A stretch of DNA of 64,000 bases from the human T2T-CHM13v2.0 reference genome, Homo sapiens, in the NCBI RefSeq assembly GCF_009914755.1, contig NC_060945.1, one strand, 5' to 3'. The notes under the pieces are model-generated. The model worked only from the letters and a program-made list of their open reading frames with translations, searched no databases and was not told where the DNA came from. Shown one piece after another: positions 14,408-26,600 of the stretch (within the stretch, counting starts at the first letter, position 1; the number at the start of each line of letters is the position of its first letter). The translations under genes were made by a program, and so were the position numbers.

Positions 14408-15047
14408 CAGGGGTTAGCAAACTGTGGCATGCAGGTCCTATCTAGCCTGCCACCTGTTTTTGTACACCTACAACCTAAGAATGACTTATGTTTTTAAATG
14501 GTTGGAAAACATTAAAAGAAGAATAATTCATGACTCATGAAAAATATATGAAATTCAAATTTCAGGGCCCATAAACAAACTTTTTTTTGGAACCCAGCCA
14601 TGCTTGTTCTTTGATGTATCCTGTATGACTCCTTTCACTTTCAACAGCAGAGTTGAGTAGATGCAACAGAGACTCTGTGGACCACAAAGCCCACAATATT
14701 TATTACTGGGCCCTTTAAGAAAAAGTTTACTGGCTGGGTGAGGTGGCTCACGCCTGTAATCCCAGCACTTTGGGAGGCTGAGGCGGGCAGATCACGAGGT
14801 CAGGAGATTGAGACCATCCTGGCCAACACGGTGCAACCCCGTCTCTACTAAAAATACAAAAAAAAAAAAAAAAGTCACCCGGGCGTGGTGGCGTGTGCCT
14901 GTAGTCCCAGCTACTCAGGAGGCTGAGGCAGGAGAATGGCGTGAACCCAGGAGGTGGAGCTTGCAGTGAGCCGAGATTGCACTCCAGCCTGGGCAAGAGA
15001 GAGACTCCATCTAAAAAAAAAAAAAGAAAAAGTTTACCGATTCCTAG
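14408..15047. mobile_element. MER58-like hAT-Charlie MITE interrupted by Alu (14731-15023, +, TSD aagaaaaagtttac)
   Basis: caggggttagcaaactgtggc start and aaaagtttaccgattcct end; Alu consensus inside. Confidence 0.75.
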
Positions 15048-15664
15048 CTTATACCTACTTTTATTCATCATCTGGGGCTAGATACAATGCCATTCATACA
15101 AAATTGGAGTTCGATTTAGAAGGAAAAAGGATAACTGTTGTAGAAGAAAGAACTGGCAGGTTCTTTCACAGTGAATAAGAAATATTTAAGACACTAAACA
15201 TCTATATATTGTTAGAAATGGTTGTTTTTTGCCTACAAAAACCATAAAAATTTTGATTTATATAAAGTCAACATAAAATGTAGGTTAAATGTATTTATAC
15301 AAATTTTAGTATAACATATTTATGTAGTCCATGGGATTATTTTGTAAAATTTACTTACCATTTTTTTGGAAAAGATAATACATTGGAATAGTAAAATTTA
15401 GAAACATAAAAAGATATAATATAATGAGAATTAAGTCTTCTTTCGCCCATGAAGCCCAACCTCCCAATTTTTCTCCCTAGAGATAACCACCAAATATTTT
15501 TCCAGAGATATTCTATGCAAGTTCAAACATATCCTCAATGTATTATCTATTTCTGTGTAACAAATTGTCCCAAGACCTAGAATCTTAAAGCAACAAACAT
15601 TTTATATTATTCATAGTTTTCCAGGGTCAGGAATTTGTGAGTTGCTTAGATGGGATTTTTGAGT

Positions 15665-17988
15665 TGCTTAATCTGTTCTCACGCTGTTGTGAAGAACTGC
15701 CCAAGACTGGATAATTTATAAAGGAAAGAGGTTTAATTGACTCACAGTTCTGCATGGCCTGGGAGGCCTCAGGAAACTCACAATCACGGCAGAAGGGGAA
15801 GCAAACACATCCTTCTTTGCATGGCAACAGGAAGGAAAAGTGCCAAGTGAAAGGGGAAGCTCCTTATAAGCCATCAGATCTGGTGAGAACTCACTCACTA
15901 TCACGAGAACAGCATGGGGGAAACTTCTCTCATGGTTCAATTATCTCTACCTGGTCTCACACTTGACACTTGGGTATTATTACAATTCGAGGTGAGATTT
16001 GGGTGGAGACATAGCCAAACCGTATCATTCCACCCAGGCCCCTCCCAAATCTCATGTCCTCACATTTTAAAACACAATCATGCCCCTCCAACAGTCTCCC
16101 CAAAGTCTTAACTCATTCCAGCATTAACCTAAAAGTCCAAGTCCAAAGTCTCATTTGAGATAAGGCAAGTCTCCTCCACCTATGAGCCTGTAAAGTCAAA
16201 AGCAAGTTAGTTACTTCCCAGATACGATGGGGGTACAGGCATTGGGTAAATACACCCACTCCAAGTGGGAGAAGTTGGCCAAAACAGAGGGGCTACAGGT
16301 CCCATGTAAGTCTGAAATTCCACAGGGCAGTCATTAAACCTTCAAGTTCCAAAATGATCTCCTTTGATCCCATGTCTCAATCCAAGTCACACTGATGCAT
16401 GAGGTGGGCCCCCATGGCCTTGGACAGCTCCACCCCTGTGGCTTTGCAGGGTACAGCATCCCTCTTGGCTGCTTTCACGGACTGGTGTTGAGTGTCTGTG
16501 GCTTTTCCAGGTGCACAGTGCAAGCTATTGGTGGATCCACCATTCTGGGGGCTGGAGGATGGTTGACCTATTCTCACAGCCCTACTAGGCAGTGCCCCAG
16601 TGGGGACTCTGTGTGGGGGCTCTGACCCTACATTTCCCTTCTGTACTGCCCTAGCAGAGGTTCTCCATGAGGGCTCTGCCCCTGCAGCAAACTTCTTCCT
16701 GGACATCTTGGCATTTCCATATATCCTCTGAAATCTAGGCAGAAGTTCCTAAACCTCAATTATTGACTTCTGTGCACCAGCAGGCCCAACACCACTTGGA
16801 AGCTACCAAGGCTTGGGGCTTGCACCCTCTGAAGCAATGGCCTGAGTTGTACCTCGGCCCCTTTTAGCCATGGCTGGAGCAGCTGGGATGCAGGGCACTA
16901 AGTCCCTAGGCTGCACACAGCAGGGGGTCCTGTGGCCCATGAAACCATTTTTCCCTAGAAGACTTCCAGGCCTGTGATGGGAGGGGTTGCCACAAAGGTC
17001 ACTGACATGCCCTGGAGATATTTTCCCCATTGTCTTGGTCATTAACATTCAGCTCCTTGTTACTTATGCAAATCTCTGCAGCAGGCTTGAATTTTTCCTC
17101 AGAAAATTGGTTTTTCTTTTTCTATCACATCATCAGGCTGCAAATTTTCCTAACTTTTATGCTCTGTTTCCTCTTGAATGCTTTGCCACTTAGAAATTTC
17201 TTCCACCAGATACCCTAAATTATCTCTCTCACATTCAAAGTTCCACAGATCTCTAGGACAGGGGCAAAATGCTGCCAGTCTCTTTGCTAAAGCAAAACAA
17301 GAGTCACCTTTATTTCAACTCCCAATAAGTTCCCCATCCCCATTTGAGACCAACTCAGTCTGGACTTCATTGTCTATATCACTACCAGCATTTTGGTCAA
17401 ATCCATTCAACATGTCTGTAGGAAGTTTTGAACTTTCCCACAGCTTCCTGTCTTCTGAACCCTCCAAATCTCTAGGAAGTTCCAAACTTTCCCACATTTT
17501 GCTGTCTTCTTCTGAGCCCTCCAAACTGTTCCAACCTCTGTCTGTTTTCCAGTTCCAAAGTAGCTTTCACATTTTCAGGTATCCTTATAGCAGCATCCCA
17601 CTCTCTTCAGTACCAATTTACTGTGTTAGTCCATTCTCATACTGCAATAAAGAACTGCCTGAGACTGGGTTATTTATAAAGGAAAGAAGTTTAATTGACT
17701 GACAGTTCCGCATGGCTGGGGAGGCCTCAGGAAACTTGCAATCGTGGCAGAAGGGGAAGAAATCATGCCCTTTTTCACATGATGGTGGGAAGGAGAAGTG
17801 CTGAGTGAAGGCGGAAGCCATTTATAAAGCCATCAGATCTCATAAGAACTCACTCACTATCACAAGAACAGCATGGGGGAAACTGCCTCCATGATTCAAT
17901 TATCTCTATTTGATCCTGCCCTTGACACATGGTGATTATTATAATTCAAGGTGAGATTTAGGTGGGAACACAGAGCCAAACCTTATCA
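15665..17988 (-). mobile_element. Full-length THE1 (THE1D-like) MaLR: LTR 15665-16027, internal 16028-17621, LTR 17622-17988; inserted in an older MLT1 LTR (15540-15664, 17989-18475)
   Basis: Two ~365-bp direct LTRs (ctgggtaatttataaaggaaagaggtttaattgactcacagttc ... ccaaaccatatca-like) flanking THE1-int text. Confidence 0.9.
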
Positions 17989-18035
17989 GTTGGGTAGTTC
18001 TGGCTCATGTGGTTGCAGTGAGGATGTCAGTCAGA

Positions 18036-18145
18036 GCTGTGATCTCATCTGAAGGATTAATTGGGGCTAGGGCTGTGGTTTCATCAGAAGGATTGATTGG
18101 GGCTAGGGCCATGGTCTCATCTGAAGGACTTATTAGGGCTGGATA
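18036..18145. repeat. ~36-bp tandem triplication inside MLT1
   Basis: ggctgtggtttcatcagaaggattgattggggctag variants x3. Confidence 0.8.
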
Positions 18146-18479
18146 ATCCACTTCCAAGATGGCTGGCTCACATGTCGTTTGGCAGGAGGTGCAGTTAGTT
18201 TTTTTTACCACTTGGGCCTCTTCATAGGACTTCTTTAGTGTCCCCACAACATGGCATCTGGCTTTTTCCAGAGCAATGATCTAAGAGAGACCAAGGAAGA
18301 AGCCATAATGCCTTTTATGACTTTGTCTCAGAAGTTACATGCTGTAACTTCTGCCTTATTTTATTCATTAGAAATATGATCACTAAGTCCAGTCCTCAAG
18401 GAAAGTGGAATTAGGCTCCACCAATTAAAAGAAAAGGCAAAGAATTTGTGGACAAATCTTTAAAATACCACATCTACTT

Positions 18480-19160
18480 TTTTTTCCACAAAAAATAGTA
18501 CACTGGAAATACATTGGTTTACATCTTGCTTTCTTCCCTTAACAATATGTCTTGGAAATCACTCCTTATCAGTGCCTCTAGCTCTGTCACATTCTTGTGA
18601 AAAATGTCATAGTATTCTGGTGATGTGTATACTCTATAATCATTTTCTTGTAGGTAGTTGTTTAGGTAGCTTCCTCTTTTTGATATGTTAAATAATGGTG
18701 TAGTGAATATCCCTCCACAGATGCATAATAATATATGGGAGCTAAATTCTTAGAAATGGCATTGCTACGGGAAAGGGTGTGCATATTTAAGATTTTGATA
18801 ACCATTACCAAATTTCCTCTTCAAAGAGGTGATACCATGTAATGCTCCTCTGACACTATATCAGTGCCATGCTTATTTCCACAAACTTCTCTGCTGAGGT
18901 ATTATCAAATATTTTGAATCTGAGAGGTGAAAATAATGTCCATTGTCATGTAATTTGCATTTCTTTTATTATGTGTGAGGTCGAGTATACTTTTATATAT
19001 TTAAAAAGTATATAAGTATTCTTTTATATATTGATATTTGTTTTTCTGTGAGATGGCTGCTTATATTCTCTGCATTTTTCTTATGGGCTTTTGACCTATT
19101 CTTTCTGATTTTGATGTTAAAGAAGTTAGACTTTTGTCTGTCACATGTGTTCCATATATT
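18480..19160 (-). mobile_element. Old L1M fragment
   Basis: Reverse L1 3'-region motifs (gtagtgaatatccct, taatttgcatttctt). Confidence 0.6.
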
Positions 19161-19303
19161 TTTATAAGAGTGTGCTGACTGTTTGCACTTGAAAATGTAT
19201 CCTTTTAGTCTTAGTAATTTCTTGTAATTGATGCATGGGAAAGCAAAGTGTGGATGATGATGGCACTCTTAGAATCTCCAACTTCATTCATTGACATCTT
19301 TAA

Positions 19304-19690
<387 letters not shown>

Positions 19691-20111
19691 CCCCTTTCCC
19701 TCTATTTTTAATTAACAGGTACATTTTATCAAGTGTATGCCCTTTTAGAATGAAACTCCATGTGGCATGGTAAGAATCCCTTTTCAAAACAAAGTTTAAA
19801 CTGTACAGACAGGAGGATCACTTCATGCCTATATCACCCCATCTTCAGATGTAAGATATATCGCTTTGATCTTTGCATAATATCTACTGAAATTTATTTG
19901 ATTCCCATAAATCAAAACCATTGTGAAAATATCACCTGTGATGCAGTGATATAAAAATATTGCCTCTGAGGTTGTGTCTCTTGGCCAGATATTCTATTTG
20001 TGCTCCAGTCTGTTGAAAGAATTGACCAAAATTTATAGAGAATGAGGAGATCCAGAGAATTGTGGAGGACAATGAAGCCTACCTATAGCTTATGTTTACG
20101 GAGTGGGAGGG

Positions 20112-20469
20112 TGATATGGTTTGGCTCTTTGTCCCCACCCAAATCTCATCTCGAATTGTAATCTCCACATGTTGAGGGAGGGATGTGGTGGGAAGTGATT
20201 GGATGATGGAAGCAGTTTCCTCCATGTTGTTCTCATGATAGTGAGTGAGTTCTTATGAGATCTGATGGTTTAAAAGTGTGGCACTCTCCCCTATCCCCAC
20301 CCTGCTGCCATGTAAGATGTGCCTTGCTTCCTCTTCACCTTCCACCATGATTGTAAGTTTCCTGAGGCCTCCCCAGCCATGTGGAACTGTGAGTCAATTA
20401 AACCTCTTTTCTTTATAAATTACCCAGTCTCTGGTAGTTTTTATAGTAGTGTGAAAGTGGACTAATACA
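20112..20469 (+). mobile_element. Solo MaLR LTR (THE1D/MSTA-like)
   Basis: TGATATGGTTTGG...CTAATACA with 5-bp TSD GAGGG. Confidence 0.92.
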
Positions 20470-22500
20470 GAGGGAGAACTGAAATGCTCAAATATCAAAG
20501 GTTGTTTGAAAAAATAATTTTGAAGCTTTTGTGGAAAACACAGACTCTGTTGACATATTCCAGATTTTTACTAGGTTTGTGGATTTTATCCCTCAACTCA
20601 CTGTTTCTCTTCTTTTAATAGTATATGGCTGTTCACATAAAAATAAGTAGGGAGAAGTAAACGCTGCTTTTTTTTTTTTTGTCCTTCACACTACCAAGTG
20701 CTGTTTTGCACCCAAATGTATATTTTAAACAAATATTTATTGATTACCTGCCAAGTAGCAGACATTGTGCTTGGGGCTGGGGGTGTAACAGTGATTAGAA
20801 CAAACACAGCCCCTGCTTTTCTGGAGAACTTCAGCCTAGACAGTGATCCAGAAAGAAACAACTACTATGCAACATGAGGAAGAGGACCACAGGAGATTGC
20901 TGGGCCGGGTGGGAAGAGCAGGCTGGCAGGCTGGGCAGTGACAACAGTCTAGGGGAAAGTTAGATTCTAGATCTCTGACCATGAGGCCTGGCCCCCTGCC
21001 ATGTGCCTGTCTATTTGGAAGATGAATCAATTTATCCATCTATCTGCACAACAGATGGATGTATGAATGACAGCCATGTAGAAATAGCTACTCTGTCAGG
21101 TGGTCCATTTTTAATTATACATTTTGTAGAATGTAATTTTATATTACTATCCATAAGTTCTTTTCACCTAAGCCAGTGATGTCTCAGCAGCCAGATTGTG
21201 TTTACAGACCTTGACTTTGAGCACAGTAACTTTACAACTATTAAAGCTCTATGGCACATGAAAGATTATTTCCTTCTTCCTCTTTCTACGGTAGGAGACT
21301 ACAGTGAGGAGTGTAAGTGAAGGCCAAAATGAGGGAGAGGAAAATAAATCACTGTAATTATAGTACACAAGCAAGGAGGACCTGGAAATGTGACCTAGGT
21401 CATTCCATGTCCCCTTTCTGCAGTTATTTCTTTAAGGAGCAGCCCTTATTTTTACAAAGGAGAGGCAACACAGTGCTGATGAAGTGGCTGTCAGTTTCAG
21501 GGCACCCTTTTGGTTTCCAGGTGTGAGAGTTCAAAACTGTCCTGGAGAAGCCAGGCAGTTGGGTCCTTTTCCATAAACCTAGATTTTGCCTTCCAGCTAG
21601 GGAGACTCTCCACTGGAGAGGGTACCTGGCTACTGAGAGAGAAGAAAGCCTGGACCCATTGTTCTCAAGGCTTTATGCTTTTATTTTCCTAGCTTTGGTG
21701 GGGTGGCAGGGTGGGGGGTGGTGTGTAGGATGCTGCAGTCCAGTAGGAAGAAGCTGATATGCACTCCAGCAATCCCCCAAGCGGTGACCCTGGTCCTCCT
21801 CTAGCCACCTGGGGACATGGGGATGATGAATCAAAGCAGAGATGAACAGAGGACACTGTTTTATTCCCTGGCTGGAACACACAGTGATATTCTGATGGGG
21901 TCCTTAGGGTGAAGGCCATATGGCCTGTCCAAGACGTCGGCACATCACAGCCATCATCTGCTTTGAAGGCCGCACAAACTAAAGGTGTTATTGGTCTGGA
22001 GATCCAGTGATACTCTTTCTCCCTAAATAAGAAAAATCAACACTTTTTTGGTGCCTTTGGTGTGAGAGCCTTGGAGGTGAGTTCAAAGAACCTTGGAAAG
22101 ACTTAACTCTCTCCCCCAGCTTTGTTCTCTTTGTTTTAACTCCGGGTTGGATGTCTTCAACTCTCTTCCCATAAATGATCAAACTGGATGAAGTTTTAGG
22201 TTGCACTCGGCGGCTTCTCTGTGTCATGTAACTCTCCAAACAGAGAATCCAGTGCTTAAAGAAACACAGAGCTATTAACACATCAGACATGGAGGGGGAC
22301 ATTTTTTTGTTAGCTGCCCTTTTTACTAATATATTATAATGCTTTGAATCATAAATAACAGCAATAAAGCAAGAATGTTCTGTCACTCTCCAGGTATTGA
22401 GGCTCTGGCTAAGGGAAGTCCTGCACATATGTAGCTCCACCCATGGCTGAGTACAAAACAACAACTCCATTGCTTTTAGACACTACTAAGGTTTTCTTAA

Positions 22501-22629
22501 CCCATTTATGCCTAGTATTCCATTATTGGACCGCTAAGCTTGTGGAAGTTATTTATATCCTACTGCTCAATGTCATCACCAAGGTCTGCTTTTTCACACA
22601 AAAAATTTGCAACCTCAGGCATAAATGGG
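22501..22629 (+). mobile_element. MER85 piggyBac MITE
   Basis: TTAA TSDs (22497-22500, 22630-22633), perfect 13-bp TIRs CCCATTTATGCCT/AGGCATAAATGGG, internal palindrome variant. Confidence 0.92.
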
Positions 22630-22702
22630 TTAAGCCAGTTCAACTTAGTAAATAACTAAAATGCTCAAAGCATTTATTAATATGATTAAGAACATATGCT
22701 TT

Positions 22703-23010
22703 GGCCGGGCACGGTGGCTCACACCTGTAATCCCAGCACTTTGGGAGGCTGAGGTGGGCAGATCACGAGGTCAGGAGTTCAAGACCAGCCTGGCTAACAT
22801 GGTGAAACCCTGTCTCTACTAAAAATACAAAGTTAGCAGGGCATGGTGGCACTCGCCTGTAGTCTCAGCTACTTGGGTGGCTGAGGCAGAAGAATCACTT
22901 GAACTCAAGAGGCAGAGGTTGCTGTGAGCTGAGATCACGCCACTGCGCTCCAGCCTGGGTGACAGAGTGAGACTCTGTGTCAAACAAAACAAAACAAAAA
23001 CCCAAAACCA
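22703..23010 (+). mobile_element. AluS
   Basis: Alu consensus; TSD aacatatgcttt. Confidence 0.93.
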
Positions 23011-23054
23011 AAAACATATGCTTTGAGCATTTTGGCACAGCCTGGAATCATATA

Positions 23055-23660
23055 GTGTGGTGGATTAAAGATGGCTGCCATTTCTTTAATACTCCTATTA
23101 AGAAGTGAGGTTTGATTCTCCTCCCTCTGAATCTGGCCTGACCTTAGTGACTACTTCGTAACCAGCAGAATATAGTGGACGTGATGCTGGGTGATTTTTG
23201 TCCTGCAAGACTGTGTGGCTTCTGCCTTATTCACTGACCATCCTGAGGTCACCATGCTGGAGGGGCTACCTGTGGGTGCTCCATTTGACAATCCTAGCTG
23301 AGCCCAGCCTTCCAGCCATCTATGCAAGATGATGGGCATGTGTGTGAAGCTGTCTTGGCCCCCTCAGACCAGCCCATCCGCAAGACACTGGGCACATGTG
23401 TGAAGCTGTCTTGGCCCCCTCAGACCAGACCATCCACAAGACACTGGGCATGTGTATGAAACTGTCTTGGCCCCTCAGAGCAGCCCATCTGCCAGCTGAA
23501 CACTGCTGAGTAACCTTCGTCAGTGCCACACGGAACAGAAGGATCGCCCAGGCAAACCTCGCTCAAATCCTTCACTCACAAAATCATGAGATACTATAAA
23601 CCAGGTACTCTAGGCTGATAAATTGTGGGTAATTTGTTACGTGGCAATTGGTGACTGGGA
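23055..23660 (+). mobile_element. MLT1-family LTR containing a 56-bp tandem triplication (23334-23490)
   Basis: tgtggtggattaaagatggc start; unit gggcatgtgtgtgaagctgtcttggccccctcagaccagcccatccgcaagacact x3. Confidence 0.75.
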
Positions 23661-26600
23661 TATGCCATGACTGATGTCTCCTCTAAGCTAGTGAAATCTG
23701 AGTGGGTGAAAAGACAGGGCCAGATGGGAGGTGTGGAGTAACAGTTGAAAGCAATTCTAAAGGGGAGGGGGCAATCAGAGGAAAGGAAGGAGGCTCCATG
23801 CAGCCAGTTCTTCCATTTGGTGCCTGCATTTTTTCCCTTTTGAGTCACTGTAGGGATTGGACTACTCTGTCATTCAAGAACCTAAACCACTGGGATATAT
23901 AAAAACAGGCTGCAATATTAAGCAGGCTTTCTAGAACAAGATGTTCCTTTGTTGCAATAATTCCTTGTGAGAATTTCACAAGGAAATAAGCTTTTCATCT
24001 CCATGTAAAAGCTTCAGTTGGTATCAGGCCATATTATTAAATATGGATTAAAAATAGCCCCGGAGTTTTTAAAGCATAATTCATATATAAGAATAGATGG
24101 CAAATACCAGTTTGTTTGCTCAAGGACTTCTTATGCCTTGATTCCACCTGCTGTTACAATGAACACTAACATAATTAAGCCTTTTGCTAGAATTGAAAGC
24201 TAGGAGCAATGTGGTTCAGTAATTAATCAATGTGAGTCGAGGGTAGTCACCCACTTAATCCATTGAATAATAAATTAATTGTTACAACAGCTGAAAAGAA
24301 AAAATACTATACATACTTAGGAATATGTTTAGGATTAGTAGTTTTTTTTAAATGTTTACACCTATGTTTGAAAGTGTTAAGATCTAAAATATATTTCTTA
24401 GCATCTAAATGTAGGAGTGAATAAAGTTAATTTCTAAGTTTTAATGAAGAGTGAGAAGTCTGTTTTAAGGGAAAGCCTAGCTCCTTTTATGGCCTGGAAT
24501 GAGGAATCTGGCAATAAATTTTACTGATAATTACAGACAACGAGCATTGGGATGGAGCTGTCCGCTCCACTGGGGGTATGCAGTGTAAAGTATTGGTTGA
24601 GCATGCAAACAAAGTCAGTCTAGAAAGTGTGGACTTTTATTTATTTACAAAAAAAAATTTCTTTTCTAAAATAGGCCTTGCTGCAATGATGATACATGTT
24701 TCCTTTATAGACTTACAAGAAGTGTGATGCCTACTATTTGTGTCATAGTTTGAGCTGGTATAATAACAATGGACAATACTAGCAAAGATGTGAAAACGAG
24801 GGGACACAATAGTCTTTCCCCTCAATTCTCATCAGTGTGGCCGCCCCCCACCATTGGTTTGACTCTTATTCGGCTCGGAGCCTTATTTCTGCTGCTGGGT
24901 TTTGCTGGCTGTTGCTGTCCTCGCTGTCTATTTTTTCTCCCCACTAGAGCGCAGGCGAGGGAAGACAAAAGACGGAGAACGACGGTTCACCCGGGTGGTC
25001 TCCTCTGCGGCTGGCGTTCCCCTGGCCTTACAGAGAGGCTAAGAAGCAGAGACGCCTTACAGATAGTCTGCATAGACGCCCTGTATGGCCCATCTGCTCT
25101 GCCCTTGTCCCTTTCATTGTACGATGGCTTGACGCCTGCTCCACCTCAGGTAGCTCCATCTTGCGCCTAACCAAGAGGTGGGGGATAAGACCAGCGAGGG
25201 TCTCTAGTTTGCTAATATAGACTGTAGAGGAAGAAGGGAGAAGAAGGTGACTGAGCTGAGAAAGGCTTGGGCAGAGGGTGCAGGGAGACAGCTGAGCGGA
25301 CCTCAGTGGTGGGTCTCATGACTGGGATGCAATGAGACTGATTTTCCTCCTTCTCTAAGGGAGACTTGACTTGTTTCTAAGGGGAAACAGAAATTCCAGA
25401 ATTTGAGCTGAAGTAGCAAATTCTGATGGCCGCAATGTCAAAATTTCCCCCAAAGAAGCCTGCTTGTATTCTATGACTCCTTCGAAGGTGTCCAAGTCCC
25501 TTCTAGAAATTGTGAAATAGGTTTGGCGTGGTGGTGTGAGCCACTTGTCCAGCCAGGATCTTCCTTTCTAATCTCTCAGGGCACCTTTGTGAAGCTGCTC
25601 TCAGTGTGGGGTGAGGGAATGAGGTGGGCCAGCTCTCTCGCAGTTCAAAGAGAGAGCAAAGGGCTCCTTCTTTATTCTTCCCTTGCCTGAGGAGGACCCT
25701 GCCCACACCTGCATCTTTGAAGCCAACAGCCCTCTTGTTTCTTCCTCATGAACTGCAGTTCCAGATGCAGGGAGAGGGTGGAGCAGAGAAGGAGATGGAT
25801 TTCTGGGCAATGCACCTCCCCTTTGGTTTTCCACACCTCCAGCAGTCGTGGTGAGACCCACTCTTAGGAAGACGTTGTCAGTGCTCAGCACAACCCCACA
25901 GGTGCGTGTTGACATTGGAGAAGCCCAGGTGAACTGGTGTTCGAAGGTACTTGGATGAAGAATGATGTTTTTCCTTTGGGGATTGGGAGGTGCGTGCAGA
26001 ACAACACCAGAGATGGCTTCCACGGTCTGTGTTTCAAACCACGTGCCTTGTATCTCACTACCATTCGGAGTATTATTGTTTATTATTATGTCTTGCTCAT
26101 TCTCATTGCAAGTCCACTTTCTTATATAGAAGGTGCTCTAACAAGTGTCTCGTTTGGTGAGTTAAGGGATCTGAAGCTTTTTTTTTTTTTCCTGAGAATC
26201 TTCTGGGGCTGGATGGACTTGGTGTCCACTGATACTGCTTGACACAGCTCCAGGGGCACTAAACTCCCCAGTGCAGGCTGGAATACAAATGCGCCCTGAG
26301 ACGCTGTGCAATGTCAGGCTGGGGCCTTCTCTGGGGACTGCGGCTGCTGAAGATTTTTCTTTTCAATCCACTTTCTTAGGTTTGGCAGAAGCTTTCGGAC
26401 AACTCCATGTCTTTGTTGGCTCTCTGATGTTTCCTTGAACGCTTTATCATTTTTGATTCACCCCAACACAGCGTGAAATTATGCTTCTTGCTCCACACTG
26501 TCTTATCCAAACAGATTCTTCTCTTTTCCTTTTAGGAGCCATTCTGACTCTAGCTCTCTAGTCTTGAGGCTAGACAAGTTTCTTCTCCTTTATTCTTGGA

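Noticed and set aside
16377-17702. ORFs inside the THE1 internal region
   Set aside because: Fragmented MaLR sequence with no intact gag/pol
18986-19012. AT-rich hairpin tatactttt...aaaagtata
   Set aside because: Short low-complexity palindrome inside an old L1
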